Below are positions 1 to 9,368 of a DNA stretch of 64,000 nt, one piece after another. Position numbers and translations under genes: made by a program. Location: assembly GCA_963718895.1 (NCBI GenBank), contig CAVRAG010000007.1, forward strand, positions 192,001 to 256,000. The letters are read 5' to 3'. The stretch is from an uncultured Nitrososphaerota archaeon. Its GTDB lineage: Archaea; Thermoproteota; Nitrososphaeria; Nitrososphaerales; Gagatemarchaeaceae. The notes beneath the pieces were generated by a model. The model did not search any database, had not been told where the DNA came from, and saw nothing but the letters and a program-made list of their open reading frames with translations. How positions within the stretch are numbered: the first letter of the stretch is position 1; every line of letters starts with the position of its first letter.

Positions 1-544
1 CGGAGGTCTTGACCATCCTGACCAGCCTGATGAACTCGGTCGCGTCGAGCCATTCCACCCTGTCCATCTTCTTGCGCACGTGCTTTCGCGAGGCCTTTGT
101 CATGTTCGAGAACTCTATCCCTACCTTTCCCTTCTTGACTCCGCAGTCCTGCAGGGCCGCCAGGAGCGCCTCCTGGGGCGTCGTCTTTGCGGACCTAACC
201 GCATCGCGGAGCAGGGAGAGGTTCTTCAGCTCGCCGGGTTTCTTGGCGGGAAGCCTCGCCCCCACGCCTCCATAGGTGCGCCGCCCTATGCCCGAGAGCT
301 CGTCAGTGAACTGGACGCTCCCGGTGCTCGTCACGAGCACGGGGTCGTGGTCGGGAGCATAGACCGCATAGGACTGGAGGAGCGTGTTTGAGGCGCCCGG
401 GGTGGCCATGTTCTCACGGAAGTCCCGGTATTGCCAGCAGTCGAAGTCCGTGAAGTAGGCCACGCTGAACGGTGTCGTCCCGACGACGGCAGCGAGATCG
501 TACTCCTTGAGGTACTCTGTAGCACGCTTCCGGTTGTAGAGCAT
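1..544 (-). CDS. M24-family (Xaa-Pro peptidase/creatinase-like) hydrolase, N-terminal part; runs off the window
   Basis: Manual translation from ATG 544 (absent from the ORF track): MLYNRKRATEYLKEYDLAAVVGTTPFSVAYFTDF...KVGIEF...DATEFIRLVRMVKTS. This is the creatinase-N layout ending in the R-x-VK-T linker before the M24 catalytic domain. Confidence 0.75.
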   Translation of the reverse strand, partial: MLYNRKRATEYLKEYDLAAVVGTTPFSVAYFTDFDCWQYRDFRENMATPGASNTLLQSYAVYAPDHDPVLVTSTGSVQFTDELSGIGRRTYGGVGARLPAKKPGELKNLSLLRDAVRSAKTTPQEALLAALQDCGVKKGKVGIEFSNMTKASRKHVRKKMDRVEWLDATEFIRLVRMVKTS

Positions 545-603
545 CTAGGGGTCTCTCTTTCGTTCCACCGGATATAAGTCTACAAGAGCGCGATGGGTGC
601 CTC

Positions 604-2078
604 TCACCACTTCGAGATCGTGATCTTCTTGTCGGTGAAGAACTCGACCGTGTCTATCTGGGCGTGCAGGACCCCGTAGAAGGAGTCTCTGCGCCCGCCG
701 AACGGATAGTAGGCGGACGGCGCCGCGACGCCGATGTTGACTCCGATGTTGCCCGCGTCGACCCTCCTCCTGAACTCCCGGGCGCTCTTCCCGCTCGAGG
801 TGTATATGCAGCCCATGTTTCCGAAGTTGGTCGACCGATTCATGATCTCGATCGCCTGGTCTAGCGTCCCGCGCTCATCACGCTCGCGATAGGACCGAAG
901 ACCTCTTCGCGCGCGATGCGCATCTCGGGCGTCACATCGTCGAAGACCGTCGCTCCCAGGTAGAACCCGTCCGGGTGCTCGAGGATCTTGAGTCCCCTCC
1001 CGTCGGCTACCGTTCTCGCTCCTTCACCCACTCCCGTCTCGACGTAGTCGGAGACCCGCTTGCGTGCCTTCTCGGTCACGAGCGGCCCCATCTGGACCCC
1101 GCTCTCGAGCCCGTACCCGACCTTCAGGGCCAGTGCCGTCTTGGTGAACTTGCTGAGCAGCGGGTCGTGGACGTCTCCCACAGCAATCAAGTTCGCCCCC
1201 GCCAGACATCGCTGTCCCGTGTTCCCAAAGAAGGACGAGACCAGGTTGGACATCGAGCCGTCGAGGTCGGCGTCCGGCATCACGAGGACGCTGTTCTTCG
1301 CGCCGCCGTTGGCGATGGCCCTCTTGCCGTGCTCGCCCGCCATGCGGTAGATCTGCCTTGCGACGGGCGTGGATCCCACGAACGTCACCCCCTTGACGTC
1401 CCGGTTCGCGATGAGCCTCTCGACCACCTGCCTCCCTCCGTGGACCATGTTGACCACTCCAGGAGGTAGCCCGACCTCGTCCTGGATCAGCTCGGCGACA
1501 CGCTGCATCGGGACAGGGGTCAGCTCGCTGGGCTTGACCACGATTGTGTCGCCGAGGACGAGTGCGTAGGGGATGAACCAGAACGGGACCATCAGGGGAA
1601 AGTTGAAGGGACAGACGATGGTGAAGACCCCGAGGGGCTCCTTCGACATGCTCACGTCAATGCCCTGGGCAATCTGGTCCAGCGTGTCGCCCTTCGCCAG
1701 GGTGTATGCGGCCGCGATGGCCACGTCGACGTTCTCGATGCACCTCTTGAGTTCGCCCCGGCTCTCCTCCAGGGTCTTCCCGTGATTCTGGGTGTTTACC
1801 GTCGCGAGCTCTTCCGTCCTTCGCTCGAGGACGTCCTTGAGCTTGTACAGGTACTTGACCCGTTCCAGTATCGAGACGTCCCTCCACTTCTCGAACGCGG
1901 CCTGGGCCGCCGTGACGGCCCTGTCAGCCTCCTCTGCCAGTGCGAAAGGGACCAGCGCCAGAGGGGCGCCCTTGCCTGGGTCGAAGGCCTGGCCGAGCTC
2001 CGACGACTCGGATTCCACCCACTCCCCACCTACCAGGAGCTTGAGCTTGCCGTAGTCTGCCCGCGGTTCTCTCAACAT
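604..2078 (-). CDS. mmsA: CoA-acylating (methyl)malonate-semialdehyde dehydrogenase (one frameshift near 865)
   Basis: ALDH motifs PFNFP, KPSE, TFVGSTPVA, GAKN, GQRC and EEVFGP; C-terminus YPFGGRRDSFYG...FFTDKK lies in ORF 604..843. Own ATG at 2078 with TATA-like TTTTAGA about 30 nt upstream. Confidence 0.85.
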
Positions 2079-2136
2079 CGTAATGCACCACGTGGGGCGT
2101 CGGTCCTCTAAAAGAATTTGCCCCCGCCCTGGCGGG

Positions 2137-3377
2137 TCACCTGAGGTAGCACGCGCGAAGCCCTCGATGTCCAGCTCTATCGCCGGGGGACGTCCCCAGG
2201 CGGCAATCGTCGCGTCGGGCTGGTTGGACCCTGAGCCGGTCGCGAACAGGACCACCGACTCGTCCGCGCCCACTGTGCCGTCGGCGACGAGCCTCCCGAG
2301 AGCGGCGAGAGGAGCAGCCGAGGAGGGTTCGAGATAGAGCCCCTCCAGGCGGGAGAGCGACTTCATCGACTCCAGGAGCTCCTCGTCGCTCACGCCGATG
2401 GCGAGACCCCCAGAGTCGCGGATGGCGGTCAGAGCCTGGTCCCCGTCTGGGGCCCAGCTGTCCAGGATGCTGTGCGCGATGGTCCTCGGGTTCTCGACAA
2501 CGGGGATCTGGTCGGCGGGCAGCCCGCGCTGGAAGGCCTCGACGACCGGCGCGCAGTCCCTGCCCTGGACCCCGACGAGCCGGGGGAACTTCTCTATGAG
2601 GCCCAAGAGCTTGAGCTCCCTGAGCCCCTTGTAGATTCCCGCGAGGTTCCCACCCCCTCCTATCGGGACGAACATCCAGTCGGGGAGGGACCCGCCCAGC
2701 TGCTCGTAGACCTCGAAGACCGAGGTCTTCGCCCCCTCTTTCACGTAGGGGTTGTACCGTGAGGCGGCGGTCAGGTTGACCATGCCGTAGCGCTTGGCGA
2801 GTCCGTCGACGAATGTAATCAGCTCCTTCGTCGGGGCGGTCGTCCTGAAGACCTTCGCGCCATAGGAGAGCAGCTTCGCCAGCTTCGAGTCCGACATCCC
2901 CTCGATGGTGAAGATGTAGGCTGGTATACCGGCCCTGCTCGCATACGCCGCGACGGATGAGCCTGCGTTGCCCGCCGTCATGTTGACGACTCCGGTGGCT
3001 CCGAACTCCGCGGCCTTGGTCACCGCGACGCTGGACTTCCTATCCTTGAACGACAGGGTCGGGTTCCGGCTGTCGTCCTTCACGAAGACCCTCTCGAGGT
3101 CCATCGCCTCTGAGATCCTCGACGCCCTCACGAGAGGCGTGGCCCCCTCGCCGAGGGTGATGATCCTGGAGCCTGCGTTCAGGGGAAGCAGGGGCGAGTA
3201 CCGCCAGACACCGGCTCTCGTCGCCTCCACCGGCAGCCCCCGGTGCGCGCTCCTCAGCGACTCGTACTCATAGACGGCCTCAAGGGGACCCCCGCAGTTC
3301 TCGCAGACCAGGTTGTGGGAGTCTGATGGGAACTCGCAGGCGTGGGGCATGCACCTCAGGATGAAAGACGAAGCCAC
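2137..3377 (-). CDS. Threonine synthase-like PLP enzyme (fold type II) with N-terminal Zn ribbon
   Basis: CxxC-type Zn knuckle, TLGEGATPL, NPTLSFKDR (PLP lysine), PIGGGGN, EPSSAAPLA, ATGSG. A probable true stop TGA at 2137-2139 is bypassed by an indel. Confidence 0.8.
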
Positions 3378-3416
3378 GGTCTCGATACTCCTGGAGCGAC
3401 CATCCACGCCCTGGGG

Positions 3417-4517
3417 TCAGCGCACCTGCTTCAGGACGCTGCCGAGCGCCGAGAGCGTCAGCTCGATGTTCTCGTGCCTGGCGGAGCGGCCCATGTGGCC
3501 CACACGGAGGATCTTGCCCCTCAATGGTCCGAGGCCACCCGCGATCATGATGTTGTAGTCCCTGACGAGCCGGCTGCGAAGCTCCCCGTCCCACTTCGGG
3601 TCGACCCTCGCGACGCTGACAGTGTTCGAGTAGTACTTGGGGTCGGTGAAGATCTCCATCCCAAGCTCCTGAAGGCCCGTCCTGAGCTCCTTCGCAGCGT
3701 CGGCGTGCCTCTTGTACCTCTTGTCGAGACCCTCCTCGAGCGCCATCGAGACGGCCTTTCTCAGCGCCATGATCAGGGAGGTCGGCATCGAGGTGGGATG
3801 AGGATGGCCCCAAGAGGAGTCGACGTCGATGGCCTCCCGCCAGGAGTTCAGGTCGAGGAACGTGCTGTGGATCTTGCCCTTCCTCCTCGCCGCGGCCTCC
3901 CAGACGTCCTTGGAGATGGCCACGGGATCTGCCCCGTTAACACCTCCCAGGGCCTTGCTGGAGTACCCGATCGAGTAGTCCACGCTCCAATCGTCGGTCC
4001 GGAGCTCCATCCCCCCGATCGCGGAGATAGCGTCGAGGACCGTGAACATACCCTTCCTCTTGCAGTACCGGAAAATCTCACCCGGGTTGACGGCCGCGCC
4101 GGTGGATGTCTCGTTCTGCACGAGGAAGATGCTCTTCCCGGCGAGGTCCTTCACCCCGTCGAGTGCGGACTTCACCTGTTCGAGCGTCGGTCCGGTCCCT
4201 AGGTCTGATTTGATCGCTATCGCCTTGCCGCCGACGGCGGTGATGGCCTCGACTATGGCGCTCGAGAAGACGCCGTTGACGCACACGAAAGCCTCGTCGC
4301 CCTTCGACACGAGGTTGACGGCCGCCATCTCGACCGCCAGCTGACCTGGGATGGGGACTATGATCACCTCGTTCTTGGTCCCGAAGACCTTCTGCAGCAT
4401 CGAGAGCGTCTCTTCGTAGGCCGACATCCACTTCTCGCCGTAGTGGGGCAGTATGGGGAGCGAGAGCTCGGCAAGAACCTCTGGCTCCGGTTCCGAAGGT
4501 CCGGGAATCATTAACAA
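3417..4517 (-). CDS. Class V PLP aminotransferase (alanine-glyoxylate/serine-pyruvate family)
   Basis: LMIPGPS, QNETSTG, DAISAIGG, SSKALG (PLP lysine), RVGHMG motifs. Confidence 0.88.
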   Translation of the reverse strand: MLMIPGPSEPEPEVLAELSLPILPHYGEKWMSAYEETLSMLQKVFGTKNEVIIVPIPGQLAVEMAAVNLVSKGDEAFVCVNGVFSSAIVEAITAVGGKAIAIKSDLGTGPTLEQVKSALDGVKDLAGKSIFLVQNETSTGAAVNPGEIFRYCKRKGMFTVLDAISAIGGMELRTDDWSVDYSIGYSSKALGGVNGADPVAISKDVWEAAARRKGKIHSTFLDLNSWREAIDVDSSWGHPHPTSMPTSLIMALRKAVSMALEEGLDKRYKRHADAAKELRTGLQELGMEIFTDPKYYSNTVSVARVDPKWDGELRSRLVRDYNIMIAGGLGPLRGKILRVGHMGRSARHENIELTLSALGSVLKQVR

Positions 4518-4549
4518 GTTGGGTTACCTCGCCCGACCGGCCCCCGACG

Positions 4550-4557
4550 TTATTTAA
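4550..4557 (-). promoter_or_regulatory. TATA box of the aminotransferase/ThrC-like operon
   Basis: TTAAATAA on the minus strand about 33-40 nt upstream of the annotated start, in a GC-rich background. Confidence 0.5.
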
Positions 4558-4925
4558 GTTTGGGAGGTCCGTCCGGGACTGGTGACTTGTGCGGAGCGGG
4601 AAGGTGACCCCTTCCGTCTCCAGCGAGTTACCAGCGGGACTAACGGCGCTTGGAAACCGCGAGTTGGAGCGGAACAAGACAAGCGGCTGACGATAATCCA
4701 GAACACAAGTCATTCCGAAAAGAATTCGACAGAGGAGGGATTCTGTTTGAACCGTCTCATCACTGACAAAGGGGTAATTGCAATGCCAATGGCAATCAGC
4801 AAGACTCCGAGAAGGAGAAGCGGTTCGTACGCGGGCGGAGCCGCGCTAAAACACTCCAGCCAGGTTACCAGAACCTCCGTCCGGCTCTCAACTCTAAAAT
4901 AGCGGGAAGATGCGAAGGAACATTG

Positions 4926-5087
4926 TTGTCAGATGAGGATGAAGAGGAGAAGAGACCTTCGGTTAGGTTGAACTTGAGGGACTACATCGCTCTATTCTTC
5001 GCCGCGCTCGAGACGGTCGGGCTGCCCCTCCTGGTCTTCATCTTCGTCGTCGCCCTCGTGATCGTGCTCTCCAAGGTCCTCAAGTAG
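4926..5087 (+). CDS. Small membrane protein (53 aa)
   Basis: Manual ORF TTG..TAG: MSDEDEEEKRPSVRLNLRDYIALFFAALETVGLPLLVFIFVVALVIVLSKVLK. Acidic N-terminus, hydrophobic C-terminal half, GC3-rich codons. Confidence 0.55.
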   Translation: MSDEDEEEKRPSVRLNLRDYIALFFAALETVGLPLLVFIFVVALVIVLSKVLK

Positions 5088-6096
5088 CCCGCACCTCGGT
5101 CTTGGACCCCGTCTTGAAGTCGATGTCATAGAGGCATTCGGCCCCGTGGTCCGGACCGAACCCGTGGAGCGGGGGGGAGATCGTCGCGCACTTCTCTGTT
5201 GAGTACGCACACCTCGCACGGAACCTGCACCCCGGCGGTATGTTCACCGGGCTCGGCACATCGCCTTCGAGCGCGGCGAGGTCCGTCCTCTTCGAGGGGT
5301 CCGGGAGGGGGACCGAGGCCAGCAGCGCCTTGGTGTACGGGTGTCTCGGATTGTCGAAGAGCGCCTCGGTGGGAGCGACCTCGACGACCCTGCCGAGGTA
5401 CATGACGGCGGTCCTGTGGCAGATCTGCCTCACCACGGCGAGGTTGTGCGAGACGAACATGTAGGTCAGGTCCAGCTCGGTCTGGAGCTTCTGGAGGAGC
5501 GAGAGTATCTGGGCCTGGACGGAGACGTCAAGCGCTGAGGTGGGTTCGTCGAGCGCGATGAACTCGGGGTTGACCGCTAGGGCCCGGGCAATCGCAATCC
5601 TCTGCCTCTGCCCGCCCGAGAACTCGTGGGGGAATCGTGCGAGGTGGTCCGGGTTGAGCCCGACTATCTCCACCAGCTTCTCGACCGCCCGATTCCTGTC
5701 ATCGCCCGAATTTTGGATATGGTGTATCCCCATCGGCTCCATCAGTGCGGACCTCACGCTCTGCCTCGGGTCCAGCGAGGCGTAGGGGTCCTGGAACACC
5801 ATCTGCATCCTCCGCCTGAACGGTTTCAGCCCCCTCCCCTTGAGTTTCGATATGTCGGTGCCGTCGAAGGTCACGCGGCCGGACGACGGGCTGACGAGGC
5901 GCATCACCGTCCGGCTGAGCGTCGTCTTCCCGCAACCGGACTCGCCGACGATCCCGAGCGTCTCACCCTTCTTGATGGCAATCGAGACCCCGTCCACGGC
6001 GCGGACGTGCCCCAAAGTCCTGCCGAGGAGCCCTCCCCTTATTGGGAACCACTTGAAGAGGTCGTCGGTCTTCAGCAGGTACTCGTCGTCGCTCAT
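5080..6096 (-). CDS. dppF: Oligopeptide/dipeptide ABC transporter ATP-binding subunit
   Basis: GESGCGKT, FSGGQRQR, LDEPTSALD, HPYT, C-terminal CRFRARC...C...C Fe-S motif; ATG overlaps the dppD stop. Confidence 0.92.
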   Translation of the reverse strand: MSDDEYLLKTDDLFKWFPIRGGLLGRTLGHVRAVDGVSIAIKKGETLGIVGESGCGKTTLSRTVMRLVSPSSGRVTFDGTDISKLKGRGLKPFRRRMQMVFQDPYASLDPRQSVRSALMEPMGIHHIQNSGDDRNRAVEKLVEIVGLNPDHLARFPHEFSGGQRQRIAIARALAVNPEFIALDEPTSALDVSVQAQILSLLQKLQTELDLTYMFVSHNLAVVRQICHRTAVMYLGRVVEVAPTEALFDNPRHPYTKALLASVPLPDPSKRTDLAALEGDVPSPVNIPPGCRFRARCAYSTEKCATISPPLHGFGPDHGAECLYDIDFKTGSKTEVRAT

Positions 6097-7232
6097 GCGT
6101 TCTGCGCCTCGTAGAGGAAGCAGGCGACGAAGTGGCCCTTCGAGACCTCGACGAGCTGGGGTTTCTCCATCGGGCAACGTTCGAACGCAAAGTCGCACCT
6201 AGGGTGGAAGCGGCAGCCGCTCGGAGGGAAGATCAGGTTCGGGACAGAGCCCCTGATGGACTTCATCTCCTGCTCCTTTAGGTCCGGCCTCGGGATGGAG
6301 GCCAGGAGCCCCTTGGTGTAGGGATGAAGCGGGTTCCTGAAGAGCTCGCTCACCTCAGCGACCTCGACTATGTTCCCGGCGTACATCACGGCCACCCTGT
6401 CGCAGACCTCCGCCACGATCGCGAGGTCGTGGGTGATCAGAATGACCGAGGTGTCGATCTGTTCTCGCAGCTCAATCAGGAGCTTCAGAATCTGAGCCTG
6501 GACTGTCACGTCGAGGGCGGTCGTTATCTCATCTGCGAGGAAGAGCTTCGGCCGCCTCACGAGTGCCATGGCGATCATGGCGCGTTGCTTCATCCCGCCT
6601 GAGAGCTGGAACGGATAGTCCTTGAAGATCCTCTCCGGCTCCGGGAGCCGCACCTGGCGCAGTATGTTGATGGCGTAGAGCCGCGAGAGCCTGTTGAACT
6701 CGCGCCTGCTGATCTTGGCCCGTGGGGCTAGAGACTCTAGCTTCGCGCGCTCCCTCTCCATGTCCTGCGTCATCCTCCCCTCCTCCTTCAAACGAAGGAG
6801 ATCCCTGAGCCGGTCCGCGACGACCTCCTTCGTGAACACGTCCGCCTCGCTCGCGATTATCTCAGTGATTTGAGAACCTACGGTGAGGACGGGGTTGAGG
6901 TAGGTTGTTGGGTCCTGGAAGACCATTGCCATGTCGGTGACCCTGGAGCGCCTCAGCTCACGCCCACTCTCCTTTAGCAAGTCTTTGCCCGCGAGGATGA
7001 TCTCGCCACCCAGTACCTCGCCGTTCTGGGGTAAGAGGCCCTCGATCGTCAGGGCGGTCACGGACTTGCCGCTCCCCGACTCACCCACCAGGCCCAGGAC
7101 CTCACGCCTCCTGACCGTGATGTCCACGCCGTCTAGGGCCTTCACCTCGCCGGCGTAGGTGTGGAATACGACCCTGAGGTCCTTCACCTCAAGCACGTTC
7201 TGGTCCGAGGTCTGGGTCAAGCCGACACTCAT
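6093..7232 (-). CDS. dppD: Oligopeptide/dipeptide ABC transporter ATP-binding subunit
   Basis: GESGSGKS, LSGGMKQR, DEITTALD, HPYT, CRFHPRC. Confidence 0.92.
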   Translation of the reverse strand: MSVGLTQTSDQNVLEVKDLRVVFHTYAGEVKALDGVDITVRRREVLGLVGESGSGKSVTALTIEGLLPQNGEVLGGEIILAGKDLLKESGRELRRSRVTDMAMVFQDPTTYLNPVLTVGSQITEIIASEADVFTKEVVADRLRDLLRLKEEGRMTQDMERERAKLESLAPRAKISRREFNRLSRLYAINILRQVRLPEPERIFKDYPFQLSGGMKQRAMIAMALVRRPKLFLADEITTALDVTVQAQILKLLIELREQIDTSVILITHDLAIVAEVCDRVAVMYAGNIVEVAEVSELFRNPLHPYTKGLLASIPRPDLKEQEMKSIRGSVPNLIFPPSGCRFHPRCDFAFERCPMEKPQLVEVSKGHFVACFLYEAQNA

Positions 7233-8164
7233 CTCCTAAGGCGGGGGTCGAAGACGTCCCTGATTCCATCCCCCAGGAGGTTGAAGCCCAGGGAGATCAC
7301 AAGGATAGTGACGCCGGAGAATATTATGAGCCATGGCGCGGTGAAGATGTATGTCGAGCCGGCGTTCGCGAGGTTCCCCAGTTCCGGAATCAGCGGGCTC
7401 GGGCTGAACCCGAGGAAGGTGAGCGCCGATACCGTTAGTATCACGCTCCCGATGTCGAGGGTCGCCTGCACGAAGACTGGGTATATCGAGTTCGGCACGA
7501 TGTGCCTGAACAGTATCCGGACCCTGCCCGCCCCCATGGCCCTCAGCCCCTCGACGTAGGGCTTCTCCTTCTCTCCCAAGACCTGGGAGCGTATCAGTCG
7601 AACATACGTCGGCCACCAAGTCACAACGATCGCGAATGTCAGAATCGAGAAGGTCCGTCCGAGGATTACGAGGAGCACTATCGCCAGCAGGATGGCGGGG
7701 ACAGCCAAGAAGATGTCCGTGATTCTCAGGATGACCTCGTCCACCACCCCGCCGGCGTAGGCCGCGACCGCGCCGAAGAATACGCCTATGATGACGGCGG
7801 ATAAGACCACCTCTAGGGCGATCTGGAGGTCCAGCGGTATCGCGAGGATTATCATGGAGAGGACGCTCCTCCCGTACGTATCGGTACCCAGAGGGTACAC
7901 CGACCCTCCGCAGTTGAATACGTTCGTGATGTGCCAGTTGAGCGCGGGGTTGTTCCAGCACAGCCTTAGAGTGAGGTGCGTCTGCTTCCCTAGCTGGGGA
8001 TTCACGAGGACGTTCGCGAAGACCGCTATGAGGATGGAACCGATTGAGATTACCGAGCCCGCGATTATGAGAGGGTTCTGTCTGAACCGATGGAGAGCGT
8101 AGCGGATGTCGGCCGACCGCGTGGGCGGCCCCTGCTCTGTTCTCGCTGGCTCAGTCTCGCTCAT
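7229..8164 (-). CDS. dppC: Oligopeptide ABC transporter permease
   Basis: LGTDTYGRS, EAA-loop variant YVEGLRAMGAG, LGFNLLGDGIRDVFDPR. Confidence 0.92.
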   Translation of the reverse strand: MSETEPARTEQGPPTRSADIRYALHRFRQNPLIIAGSVISIGSILIAVFANVLVNPQLGKQTHLTLRLCWNNPALNWHITNVFNCGGSVYPLGTDTYGRSVLSMIILAIPLDLQIALEVVLSAVIIGVFFGAVAAYAGGVVDEVILRITDIFLAVPAILLAIVLLVILGRTFSILTFAIVVTWWPTYVRLIRSQVLGEKEKPYVEGLRAMGAGRVRILFRHIVPNSIYPVFVQATLDIGSVILTVSALTFLGFSPSPLIPELGNLANAGSTYIFTAPWLIIFSGVTILVISLGFNLLGDGIRDVFDPRLRR

Positions 8165-8173
8165 GGAAGCACC

Positions 8174-9292
8174 TCAATAGCGGATCCTCGGGTCTAGCTT
8201 AGCGTAGAGGATGTCAACGACAAGGTTCGTCATCACTATGATTAGAGCAGTCACCAGCACGTAGAGCTCAAGGAAGTTGATGTCGAGGGCGTTTGCGGCC
8301 GCGAGCGACGCGTTTCCTACTCCCGGCCAGGTGAAGACGATCTCGATGACGATGGCCCCTCCGAGCAGGAAGGCGGCCAGCAGGCCGGCTATGGTGACCG
8401 CCGGGAGGAGCGCGTTCCGCAGCGCGTGCCGGTAGACCACGACCCTCTCCCTCAGACCCTTCGACCTGGCCAGCAAGATGTAGTCTTGCTTGAGCGCGTC
8501 TACCATGCTAGACCGCACTATTCTCGTGAGTGCACCTATAGACGTTATTGCAAGCGTAACCGCGGGGAGGGTGAGCGCCATCAAAGCATCCCAGGCGTAC
8601 GCCGGGTTTCCCGATAGAATCCCATCGAAGAGTGGCGCCCCGGTGTACGCAGTCACCGTCCCAGGGTTGCTTATGCACAGGGCGCAGCTCGTCGCGAACG
8701 CGCCGTTCGCAGGGAAGAGCCCGAGACCGCCGACCCTTAGGTAGAGTACGAACAGGATTTGGACCATGGCCCCGAACCAGAACTGGGGGATCGAATATCC
8801 GCCGAGCGAGACTATGCGCGAGAGATGGTCCGGGAGCTTGTTGTTGTGCGTGGCGGAGACTATCCCGAGGGGTATCCCGATGACAATCGTGAGGCCCGCT
8901 CCGGCTATCGCGAGTTCGGCGGTGAGCGGGAACCTCTGGAAGAATACGCTGAGGGTCGTCTGGGTCCCGGATATCCCCGGGAGTAGGGTGTAGCCCCAGT
9001 TCCCGGTGAGGACGTTGTGGAGCCACCCGATGTACTGGCCCCAAATCGGGACGACACAGCCCGCCTGGTTATCTGAAAAGGCCGTGAAGTTAGGACAGGA
9101 CTGGGTGGCGACCCCGAGTGACTGGGCGAGCTCGAGCTTGGCGATGCTGTTCATCTTCATCGTGATGTACTGCGAGATGGCCGTCGAGGGAGGGAGGAGG
9201 CCGCGGGTCAAGTAGAAGATAAGGAGGCTGAGGAGAAAGAGGACTAATACCATCAGGATGAGACGTCTGATAGCGTACTCGTACAGCTTCAA
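8174..9292 (-). CDS. dppB: Oligopeptide ABC transporter permease
   Basis: YAIRRLI, DYILLARSKGL..HALRNA, IEIVFTWPGVG, LDPRIRY. Confidence 0.92.
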   Translation of the reverse strand: MKLYEYAIRRLILMVLVLFLLSLLIFYLTRGLLPPSTAISQYITMKMNSIAKLELAQSLGVATQSCPNFTAFSDNQAGCVVPIWGQYIGWLHNVLTGNWGYTLLPGISGTQTTLSVFFQRFPLTAELAIAGAGLTIVIGIPLGIVSATHNNKLPDHLSRIVSLGGYSIPQFWFGAMVQILFVLYLRVGGLGLFPANGAFATSCALCISNPGTVTAYTGAPLFDGILSGNPAYAWDALMALTLPAVTLAITSIGALTRIVRSSMVDALKQDYILLARSKGLRERVVVYRHALRNALLPAVTIAGLLAAFLLGGAIVIEIVFTWPGVGNASLAAANALDINFLELYVLVTALIIVMTNLVVDILYAKLDPRIRY

Positions 9293-9368
9293 CGAACCGC
9301 CGCCATGATTGTCGCCATGACCGAGAACGCGTGCCTCGGTGAAAAAACGCGGGAGCCCTCTACCTAGT

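Noticed and set aside
861-3407. Apparent 848-aa threonine synthase-aldehyde dehydrogenase fusion
   Set aside because: The linker reads as non-coding. A nearby out-of-frame ending (..YLR-TGA at 2137), a GC hairpin, a TATA-like TTTTAGA and an ATG at 2078 indicate two genes joined by an indel in an error-prone assembly.
4725-4880. Hydrophobic minus-strand frame (..PLLLLGVLLIAIGIAITPL..)
   Set aside because: No standard start codon upstream of the hydrophobic stretch, and atypical codon use.
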